Below, one piece after another: positions 48,735 through 58,897 of a stretch of 64,000 bases of DNA; position 1 is the stretch's first letter; each line of letters begins with the position of its first letter. The position numbers and the translations under genes are program-made. Source of the stretch: Macrostomum lignano (lineage: Eukaryota); the NCBI GenBank assembly GCA_002269645.1, contig NIVC01002203.1, positions 1 to 64,000 of the forward strand, in the 5' to 3' direction. The notes below the pieces were generated by a model. It was not told the origin of the DNA and made no database searches. It saw only the letters and a list, made by a program, of their open reading frames with translations.

Positions 48735-51100
48735 TTTGGGATTCTTAAGCTGTGTGACAGTTTGGAGGCGATTCTTAAGCTGTGACAGTTTGGAGGCGAT
48801 TCTTAAGCTGTGTGACAGTTTGGAGGCGATTCTTAAGCTGTGTGACAGTTTGGAGGCGATTCTTAAGCTGTGTGACAGTTTGGAGGCGATTCTTAAGCTG
48901 TGTGACAGTTTGGAGGCGATTCTCAAGCTGTGTGGCAGTTTGGGCGATTCTCAAGCTGTGGAACAGTTTGGGGGCGATTCTCAAGCTGTGGAACAGTTTG
49001 GAGGCGATTATCAAGCTGTGGGACAGTTTAAGGGCGATTCTTAAGCTGTGTGCGGTTTGGTGTCGCCTCAAATACAGCAGTTAATAGTAAGTAAGAAACT
49101 TTCCCAAAGCAACAATGCGATAGCTTTATGTTGGCGCCTAAAAAGTACTTTTTAAAAAAGAAGTTTCAGCACGAGAGCGGAGCAGGCAAAGCCTGGTAGG
49201 GGGATTTAACAACAGTACACTCTATATAAAATATTATTCAACACTGCAGAACGTGCCCGTCATGCAGCTTCGGGTCGAGGGCAACGGCAATAGGCCTGGG
49301 ATGGGATTAAAAAGAGCAACGCCAAAAGATGATTGTCAATCCGGCCTATGAGAGATAACACTGGGGCTAAAAAAATCCCTAAATATCCCCCATCCCCCTG
49401 CAAACAGGGACTAGGCAGGTATTGTTACACTGGCTAGATGTTAATTTCGAAGCTAGACGATCCTTCCTATCCTTCATGGTACACGTATAGAATGTTGTAA
49501 ATCCGATTTGGCCATCTGTTACATCCATGTTCAGTGCACACACACATACATATACAGCATATAGTGCCGGCGAAACCCTCTAACGAATCGGACCCGTCAA
49601 GGACAACTTTTGCGTAGATTTCTGGATCGGAAACAGTCCGCACACCAACAAAGGACCGAACTTGACAGAATTGATTCAAGAGATTTTTCTGCACAGCGGG
49701 TCTCCAGTCCAGGTAATAGCCAGAGGTAGGTCCATGGACCAAACTTTCTACAAGGTTCCTTTGCTTTACTAATTAACTGGATGGATGATGAAGGTAAGAG
49801 GTAAAAAATGCTTGGGGGGAGAAATCGAGGGACAAAAAAGAGCCGGGAGCAGCAAGGGATTAAGCAGGGTGAGTAGGCCGGATTTTAATTTAAGTTTCGC
49901 AGCGAACTCAGACCTGGGCCTAGCTGGCTTAACCGCCCCCCCCCTCGCCATCAGGAAGGCTCTGCAGGCAGGAGTAAGATAAGCAGAGTAGTGAGTCGGA
50001 GCGGGAGAACAGAAAAAGTAAAAGCAGAACAACTAGAGCGAGCTCAAATACAAGACATGAAATTCATATGCTTTCGAAAGAAAACATTCGAGTTGCATAT
50101 ACTGAGCTTGATTTATTTATTTCAGTAAATTTATATTTCCACTTTTATTTAAAATTTGGTTTATGAGACATTCTAATATGAGAGATTCTGAGGGCGGTTT
50201 ATGAGAGATTCTGAGAGTGGTTTATGGGAGATTCTGAGGGTTGTTTATGGGAGATTCTGAGGGTTGTTTATGGGAGATTCTGAGGGTTGTTTATGAGAGA
50301 TTCTGAGAGTGGTTTATGGGAGATTCTGAGGGTTGTTTATGGGAGATTCTGAGGGTTGTTTATGGGAGATTCTGAGGGCTGTTTATGGGAGATTCTGAGG
50401 GTTGTTTATGGTAGATTCTGAGGGTTGTTTATGGGAGATTCTGAGGGTTGTTTATGGGAGATTCTGAGGGTGGTGTATGGGAAATTCTGAGGGTGGTTTA
50501 TGAGAGATTCTGAGGGTGGTTTATGAGAGATTCTGAGGGTGGTTTATGGGAGATTCTGAGGGTTGTTTATGGTAGATTCTGAGGGTGGTTTATGGTAGAT
50601 TCTGAGGGTTGTTTATGGGAGATTCTGAGGGTTGTTTATGGTAGATTCTGAGGGTTGTTTATGGGAGATTCTGAGGGTTGTTTATAGGAGATTCTGAGGG
50701 TTGTTTTGTGAGATTCTGAAGGTGGTTTATGTGAGATTTTGAGGGTGGTTTATGTGAGATTTTGAGGGTGGTTTATGGGACATTCTGAGGGTGGTTTTTG
50801 GAGGTTCTGAGAGTGGTTTACGGGAGATTCTGAGGGAGGTTTATGAGAGATTCTGAGGGAGGTTTATGAGAGATTCTGAGGGTGGTTTATGGGACATTTT
50901 GAGGGTGGTTTATGGGAGATTTCGAGAGCGGTTTATGGGACATTCTGAGGGTGGTTTATGGGAGATACTGAGGGTGTTTTTTGGAGGTTCTGAGAGTGGT
51001 TTATGTAAGATTCTGAGTGGTTTACGGGAAATTCTGAGAGTGGTTTATGTCAGATTCTGAGTGGTTTACGGGAGATTCTAAAGGGTGGTTTATGTAAGAT
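48735..51100. repeat. 32-bp array (48735-49050) and 24-bp gagattctgagggttgtttatgg array (50175-51100)
   Basis: Direct reading. Confidence 0.9.
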
Positions 51101-51827
51101 CCTAACACTCGCGAGTCTGTGACTGTAGAAGTCTGAAAGCAAACAGAATGCGGGCAGAATGAGAAAGAACACAGAATCCCTTTGATGACACAGTAATCGC
51201 TTACAGCAGTGAGTGCTGCACTTGACCAAAGTTTTCAGCCAACTCTCGACGACTTTGCAAACTTAGCGTCAGTAAGGGAGAATGATAATAGTAATATAAA
51301 GTTTAGCGCTTAACTGGACAGCAAAGATTTGAGAAGCCGAATTGGAGCAAAGCAGAGAAAGTGAAGCTACAGAAGGCAAGCATTGAGCTTGAGTTAAGGC
51401 TAAGCTTAGTGAAGCACTTAACTATACATAGAACTAATGATCTCCTACCCCGATACATAAACTAACCATCAACGTCCAGTGGGAGACCTTGTACTTTCCC
51501 TGTCACTTTATTCACTGTAGCTTCCTTGACTGCATGCTTAGGACTGCAGGGCCCTCTCTTCCCCACTCTCTTCTCTCTCACATGCACACACGCGAAAGCC
51601 AATCCCGAAGATCACTTTAACAACTGTGAAGACTGGAACAGAAAAGGTTGGCAAACTTTTTTAACATAAGGGCTAGATATTGAAGCTAGCTCATGACTGC
51701 GGACCAGAGCGAGGAGATGCGAGATGAGACAGGAATTGGGAGATGAGGGGAGACAAGGGAGAGAGGGGAGACAAAGAGAGAGGAGAGGAGATGCGAGATG
51801 TGAGAGGAAAGGGGAGATGAGGGGAGA

Positions 51828-52123
51828 CATACATGCGCAACAGTCGGCCGAGTCGGCCGATCTGGCCGACCAATTTGGCAGCCAACCAAGGAAGTCGCAA
51901 AAATGCCCACCCAAAAAAACACAAAGTAGTAGTACTAAGTAGCTGACGAAGCATTTTGGCCTTATAAGACAGTCATAGTTACTCCTGCCGTTTACCCAAA
52001 ATTGCATAAATTTTGCTTTCGGGTTTTTTACATGTAAGTCGCATTTTTGGCCAAAAACTACGTCGCATTTTTGTTAAAACTAAGTCGCACGGCCGACCAA
52101 ATTTTGGAGGTTGCGCATGTATG
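51828..52123. mobile_element. 296-bp hAT-type MITE carrying a 28S rRNA-derived segment
   Basis: Perfect 14-bp TIRs CATACATGCGCAAC / GTTGCGCATGTATG. 8-bp TSD AGGGGAGA at 51820-51827 and 52124-52131. Confidence 0.88.
51934..51997 (-). pseudogene. 64-bp 28S rRNA fragment (helix 69-71 region)
   Basis: Minus strand GGGTAAACGGCAGGAGTAACTATGACTGTCTTATAAGGCCAAAATGCTTCGTCAGCTACTTAGT, compared from memory with the conserved eukaryotic LSU sequence GGGTAAACGGCGGGAGTAACTATGACTCTCTTAAGGTAGCCAAATGCCTCGTCATCTAATTAGT. Confidence 0.85.
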
Positions 52124-53516
52124 AGGGGAGATAAGGGAGAGAGGGGAGACAAAGAGAGAGGAGAGGAGATGCGAGATGAGACAGGAAATGGGAGATGAGG
52201 GGAGACAAGGGAGAGAGGGGAGACAAAGGGAGAGGAGAGGAGATGCGAGATGAGACAGGAAATGGGAGATGAGGGGAGACAAGGGAGAGAGGGGAGACAA
52301 AGGGAGAGGAGAGGAGATGTGAGATGAGAGAGGAAAGGGGAGATGAGGGGAGATAAGGGAGAGAGGGGAGACAAAGAGAGAGGAGAGGAGATGCGAGATG
52401 AGACAGGAAATGGGAGATGAGGGGAGACAATGGAGAGAGGGGAGACAAGGGGAGAGGAGAGGAGATGCGAGATGAGAGAGGAAAGGGGAAATGAGGGGAG
52501 ACAAGGGAGAGGGGAGATGAGGGGAGATAAGGGAGAGAGGGGAGATGAGGGGAGAGAGGAGGGGAGGTATATGAAATGAGAGGAGAGGAGAAAAAATGAG
52601 AGCTGAGAAGACACAAATCTTAAGCGGATCGAGTTTCGAAGGACCAGATAGAGAGGCTTTGCAGACCGGAGTTGCCCCCCCTGGCCCTGCTATAGATGTG
52701 GCGCCAAAATGAGCAGCTTAATTCTTAATTATTACGAGCGCAATTACCAGCTGCATATTTGTTGAATTCTTTATGCTATATATTATTTATTATACATATT
52801 TACACACACACACACAACAAAAAACTATTATTAACCAACGCCGGGAAGCCATAGCTACTATAAGAGAGGGAAGGAATGAATAATAGGCTAGGCAAGGCAT
52901 GTATATATAGAAACTGTATTATCATCCAGGTTATAGTATAGTAAATAAACATACGAGGAAAATGCCGGGCAGAGGGGAGGGGGGTTGGAAGAATAGTGGA
53001 ACGGAAGGCGACTGAAAAGGCGGCGCGAGGTTCTGGAAGAGCCAAAGGAGCGAGGGGGTGGATAGAAATGGATCGAAAGAAGGGAGTTAAGATGCAGGGC
53101 GAAAGCGGCTTCATCTGCCAGGGCAGGAGCACACGCCAACCACCCCAAGACTGCTCACTAATCGGGGGCGGCTGGACACTGACTTAGCTGAGACTTGCCT
53201 GATTCAATTAGCACAGCAGGCAAAGGAAAGGCACAGCGGCTCCTGAGAATCTAAAGATCCTATTTGGCATGATAGAGACGAGATATGCACTCGTTGAGGG
53301 AAGGGTAGGGATACGGCAATTGGCCATCTGAGGCTAGCAGCAGCAGCAGCAGCAACAGCAGTCTTTATGGGTGCCAAGTCTATTCTCTTGCGTTAGTGCC
53401 ATCCTTAATTAATCAGTGGATATACCGTGCTCCAAGATGCTGAAATACACCTGAAAATTTATCACCAAATCAGTGACCCGAAAGCATAACAGATTGGTGG
53501 GATAAAGAATAAAACA

Positions 53517-53790
53517 CAGCTCAGTCAGTGAATCCAGAATTCACACAGTGGCGTGAACAGCTCAGTCAGTGAATCCAGTATTCACACAGTGGCGTGAATA
53601 GCTCAGTCAGTGGATCCAGAATTCACACAGTGGCGTGAACAGCTCAGTCAGTGAATCCAGAATTCACACAGTGGCGTGAATAGCTCAGTCAGTGGATCCA
53701 GAATTCACACAGTGGCGTGAACAGCTCAGTCAGTGGATCCAGAATTCCCACAGTGGCGTGAACAGCTCAGTCAGTGAATCCAGAATTCAG
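53517..53790. repeat. ~43-bp minisatellite, ~6-7 units
   Basis: Unit aacagctcagtcagtg(a/g)atccagaattcacacagtggcgtg. Confidence 0.9.
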
Positions 53791-53819
53791 TGGCGCGAGT
53801 CCCGCATCTTGGGCCTCAC

Positions 53820-54248
53820 CGACACCAGCTGCAGCTGCTGCGCAAAGCCCCGAAGAAGCCGGTCAAGAAGGCGCTGGCCGCCGTCAGCAGCGAGCTCCGC
53901 GGCACCGCAGTTCTCGGTCAGCAGCTCACCGATATCGTCATCCCCGTCGGCCTCGTCATCCTGCTGCTGCATGACCGGACAAGAGCGAGCTACCGGACAG
54001 GGGATAACCATCGAGCACTCGGGATGCTCAAGCAGGCTGACGGGATGCAGATGGCCAACACCTGACACCGTCGACGACGTGGACGCAGCAGCAGCCGCCG
54101 CCGCCGCCGCCGCCGCCATGTCGGGAGGCACAGGCGACGGCGGCGGCCGGCGATGACTTGGCGGACTGCGGACAGTCGGCGAAAATGAGACGTGCCGTTC
54201 GGAGCTCGAGTCGCGAGAGTCCTGCTTGATGATTGGCCGGCAGCTCAT
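53820..54248 (-). CDS. Probable first coding exon of an unknown gene (Pro/Ala-rich N-terminus, acidic DDEADGDDD segment)
   Basis: GC-rich island with exon-like codon usage; cctgcag|tcATG at the start and TCG|gtgagg donor at 53820 (143 codons). Downstream exons not identified; strand choice is a judgement. Confidence 0.5.
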
Positions 54249-56089
54249 GACTGCAGGTTTGCCTGTTCTACTAAGCCTTTTAGCCGACGCAGTACAGCTT
54301 TGAGGTAGGTCGCTCTAACAGCGAGGCGATGCGAGTTCACTCGCTATATTCTCTTTCCAGCCAAGGAAATCTCCCTTCGTCCTCCCGTCTCGCTCTTTTT
54401 TTCCTCTATACAGCTGGCCAATGGCATCGGCGCATCCACGTCGAGGTCAATTTGGTAGGCCATTTGTTTACATGCTTCTAGCACAAGTTCTATTTCAATA
54501 AAATATTTATAAGGTTTGCGCTGCTCTACTTTAAGTAGGAAAGCAAGAAAAAAAAGATTATTCTTGATATGCAAGTCCTCACTTTCCGTCCTAAACTAAC
54601 TTGACAAGTATTCGTTTATATTGTATATCAAATCCACCACCCCTCTGTTCATATTATTTGCACATGAGCGCCGAGCGAGAGAGTGAATTGTGGGACAACT
54701 GGTGGTGAAATAAGCCTGCCCGTCGAGGCACAAGAAAGAAAGCCGGAAATTCAGAAACAGATTTGCTTATTTAGAGTTACTTTGGTAGTATGAACTGACT
54801 AAGCAGTCAAGAGTATAAACTGAAAATGTGTGAAAAATATTAAGATTCGTAAATCATGATGCTTTGGGATCTGTTGGGTGCTCGTTTCCCAATAAATAAC
54901 CCAAATACTGAAATAATCGCCGAGCCTAATAAATATTACAACCAACTAAAAAAGCTAGATTCTCTCTTTACGCTTCAACGAGATAAAGGAGAGATAAGCA
55001 AAAGAAAAAGACAGTAAACTACTAGAAGCTAATAAAAGTAGCCTTTGTCCTAGTAAAGTATTAAATGAATGTTTCAATGACCTTCACTGTTACTGTTAGC
55101 AGGAACGATGATTAATATCAGCTAGAAAAATTTATAATTGAAAAAATCAAACGATAACCACAAAAAACAGTTAATAGAAGAATCAACAATGCTTACCGAT
55201 TGAAAGAGTTTAGAAAATAAAAAGATTTGAGACAAGTCAGGTCTCTAGACTTCAAGTAGAGTGCAGGGAAGAAAGAAAGGCCACAAAGGAGAGCTAGAGA
55301 GACTTGTTCAATTTAGCTAATTTATATAATTACACTGGCTTCGTGTACAATGGATCAATGTACGGCGGAAAAACTCCTAACCCCCCCCCCCCAGACTGAG
55401 TGGGGCAGTGTGTGTGTGGTGGAATTTCACCCAATAAAACCGAAGGAGCGAGTGGGGAGTGGGGACGCGAGGGCTTCAGCGGCGGGCCAGTAAAAGCTGA
55501 GCTAAAGCGGGGGGGGGGGTTATTATAAACATCTCGGGGTCTTCCAGTTGAACTCTTACCGCAAGCCCCGTACCCCTCTGACCATTCCAGACTTGCAATG
55601 TACTTATGTGCAGGATGATTACAATATACAGTGGACACGCACTCGCACACGACACCTAGGGAGGCTCGACTGTTGGCTCATTAATTAAGTTCCATTCAGT
55701 TTAGTTGATATTGAAAAGTTATTATATATTTTTTCTAGAAACTTCTCCTTGACTAAACAATATACTTTACAAAAATTGGAATTTAAATAAACGGGCCTAA
55801 ACTTTTATCTCAATAATAATTAAATTATATAGTTGAAAAATATATTTGTTGAAAACAATGGAATTACAAAACAGCCTGTCTGAGCTTGTTTCATATAGCC
55901 CCGTTCCCCTGTAAACCAAACACAGGCACTATACGAGCGTAAAGGTAATTCAAAGGGTATAAAATAGTTTTGGCCATACATGTAATACTTTGGGCTTGTA
56001 AAAAACCCACTCTCCTCTAAAAAATCATAAAAAATAATACGAGCGTTTTTCAAAAAAGGCTGCTTGACTACTTTAAGTAGTGAATCGCT

Positions 56090-56850
56090 AAGATATCATC
56101 TGGAGCGCTAAGATTTCATCTGGGGCACTAATATCTCATCTGGAGCGCTAAGATCTCATGTACGACGCTAAGATCTCATCTGGGGCGCTAAGATCTCATC
56201 TGGAGCGCTAAGATCTCATCTGGAGCGCTAAGATCTCATCTGGAGCGCTAAGATCTCATCTGGAGCGCTAAGATCTCATCTGGTGCGCTAAGATCTCATC
56301 TGGGGCGCTAAGATCTCATCTGGAGCGCTAAGATCTCATCTGGTGCGCTAAGATCTCATCTGGGGCGCTAAGATCTCATCTGGAGCGCTAAGATCTCATC
56401 TGGAGCGCTAAGATCTCATCTGGTGCGCTAAGATCTCATCTGGGGCGCTAAGATCTCATCTGGGGCGCTAAGATCTCATTTGGGGCTCTAAGATCTCATC
56501 TGGGGCGCTAAGATCTCATCTGGGGCGCTAAGATCTTATCTGAGCGCTAAGATCTCATTTGGGGCTCTAAGATCTCAACTGGGGCACTAAGATCTCATCT
56601 GGGGCGCTAAGATCTCATCTGGAGCACTAAGATCTCATCTGGGGCGCTAAGATCTCATCTGGGGCGCTAAGATCTTATCTGAGCGCTAAGATCTCATTTG
56701 GGGCTCTAAGATCTCATCTGGGGCGCTAAGATCTTATCTGAGCGCTAAGATCTCATTTGGGGCTCTAAGATCTCAACTGGGGCACTAAGATCTCATCTGG
56801 GGCGCTAAGATCTCATCTGGGGCGCTAAGATCTCATCTGGGGCGCTAAGA
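56090..56850. repeat. 21-bp ggcgctaagatctcatctgg(g/a) minisatellite
   Basis: Direct reading. Confidence 0.92.
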
Positions 56851-57432
56851 TGTCTACTTCAGCATACAAATTCAAGGAAGGAATTTTTCTAAATAAATTT
56901 ATTACAGTTTTTACCTACCTGATTAGACACGGAAAACTGTTGAATACGGCTGCTCAGTCCTGTTGCAGCAATCGGGCTGTTTGTTAGCTGCATGTACTGC
57001 CAAGGCCTTGTAACAACCGTGCTCATTGACCTGGGCAGCTGTGTCAGACAGCGGGTCAGGCATAGGCCCGACCTCATAGCTCTGAACGAAGCCACTGAGA
57101 CAGACATGACGCTAAATTGTATATTGAGCTCAAAGCATGCAATGTTTAATTGAGAAATAGTTGCTATTAAACAACTTTTAAACATTGCATTAAACATAAG
57201 AGATAAATACTTCATAATTTAGAAATAAAGTACACAAAAAGGTTTATTGAAGGCCTAATAATTAGTCTAATTTTATTTATACCTATATTTTAAATTAATA
57301 CGAGAAATCAATTGATAAACGGTTACGTTAATAAACAAAGTGAATAATTATTAAAGCTATTTTAGGCTGTTTAAGGTAAATTATTTAACTTCAAGTTAAG
57401 TAGCCTTATTAAAATCTTAATTTTTATCAATA

Positions 57433-57791
57433 TGGCCCTCAAAAGGGCCGTTTTTACAAGACAGAAAAGAAACTTCCTACAACAAACAACTTAATCTCTT
57501 TAAGGATAATACCAGGTATATATACTAGATATCTAACTCAACTCAAGAGGTACAGGTACAGAGTAAATTTTACATTAAGAAAAGTAAAAACAATAATATA
57601 ATAATTATATAATTGGAGGTTTGACGCAACGCCTTCGCCGACATCGCCCCGCAACCTGCCCATTCCGTTATCGCCTAAGCATGCAAGCCCACTAATACTG
57701 TATTCAGGCACGCACTCATACACCCGCTCACATGAATAAGAATGGTAAAGATAACTTTTTTAATTACGGTGGCCCTCAAAAGGGCCGTTTT
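57433..57791 (-). promoter_or_regulatory. Two identical histone-3'-end-type stem-loops (GGCCCT-TTTG-AGGGCC)
   Basis: A 22-bp direct repeat at 57433-57454 and 57770-57791. On the minus strand it reads AAAAC GGCCCT TTTG AGGGCC A. No histone CDS seen upstream. Confidence 0.5.
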
Positions 57792-58537
57792 ACGAAATAA
57801 AATCTACAAAAAAGACCTCAGCTTATGGAAGGAAGGAAAAAAGACTAAATGAAATAGAATACACAAAATTAATTTCAATCAAGGGAAGCAGGCACCAGAA
57901 GTAACTGATTAAAATAAATTTCAAGTTGATGAAGAATAGAAGGGTTAAAGATCGGAACACCCACTTTAATTAGTTATCTGGAGATTTCCTGAGCAATCCA
58001 AAAGCAAAATGACTATTACTCGTTCCACTGACACTAGCTATCGCAAATAGAGAAGGAAAGAAAGTATTATACAATGCGTAGACAGTAGCACGTACATAGA
58101 AATACATAGAAATTCATGTTAATGTTTAAAACCAGGCATGGGCCATAAAATATCAGCCACAAATTCTAAACGGTATGAGCTACAGAATATCTGAAAGTAT
58201 CAAAATAATCAACAAATAAAAATCTATAAAATTACATATTACTCAATAAAATAGCTCAAAGAATACACTAGTTACAATAAAAATAAAATTATCACACTGA
58301 ATTCTAATTGTCAAAACTGAGCCCGAACCCTCCCGCGCGCCGCGCGGGTGGAACACAATGATGCGGTCCAGTTCCTGGCCTAAGGCCTATATATACACGA
58401 GCTCTTGCGGCTCGTTTAGGACCCATATTCACGCCTCTGGCTGACTCTATAAGCGAATTACAGACAGTATTAGGAGAGCTAATTTGCAAGCACGCCAATA
58501 CGAGCCTATTCTGCAGTTGCTATACTATTTCTAAATT

Positions 58538-58897
58538 ATGATGGCTGACAGAAATTCCGACTCTGCTACGCCATCGCCAGTGCCACGTGGACACCGAGAA
58601 ATTGTGCGAAAACTCATCGAAGCTAGAGGCACCCAACTGGACCATATCATGTACAGTCTGAAGCATTACCTGCGTCGAATTAGCATGATGCGACTGGACA
58701 GGCGTCTACCGCAACGAACTCAGGTCATCGCCGCCAAGAGAGCACTTAAGCAGGGCTACAACCGGGTCGAGGCTATGGCAGTCGTCAGGACTATTGCTGA
58801 GGATCTGCGCCGGGACTGGGCTGGCAATGGAGGACCAGTGTACCGCCAGCTGCTAGTAGATGAAGTCAAGTGGCTGCTTGATGACTTTTATAACTGA
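58538..58897 (+). CDS. Orphan single-exon 119-aa basic, helical protein
   Basis: Non-repetitive ATG-to-stop ORF with higher GC than its AT-rich flanks. TATA-like TATATATA at ~58389. No family recognised. Confidence 0.45.
   Translation: MMADRNSDSATPSPVPRGHREIVRKLIEARGTQLDHIMYSLKHYLRRISMMRLDRRLPQRTQVIAAKRALKQGYNRVEAMAVVRTIAEDLRRDWAGNGGPVYRQLLVDEVKWLLDDFYN

Larger units (their letters stand above)
51712..52580. repeat. GA-rich minisatellite interrupted by a MITE
   Basis: The same units occur on both sides of 51828-52123. Confidence 0.85.

Noticed and set aside
58592-58760. Faint resemblance of the 119-aa ORF to histone H4 (IVRKL..G, LKHYL, ALKQG)
   Set aside because: The alpha-2 region is about 10 aa too short, identity is very low, and the nearby stem-loops are upstream on the opposite strand.
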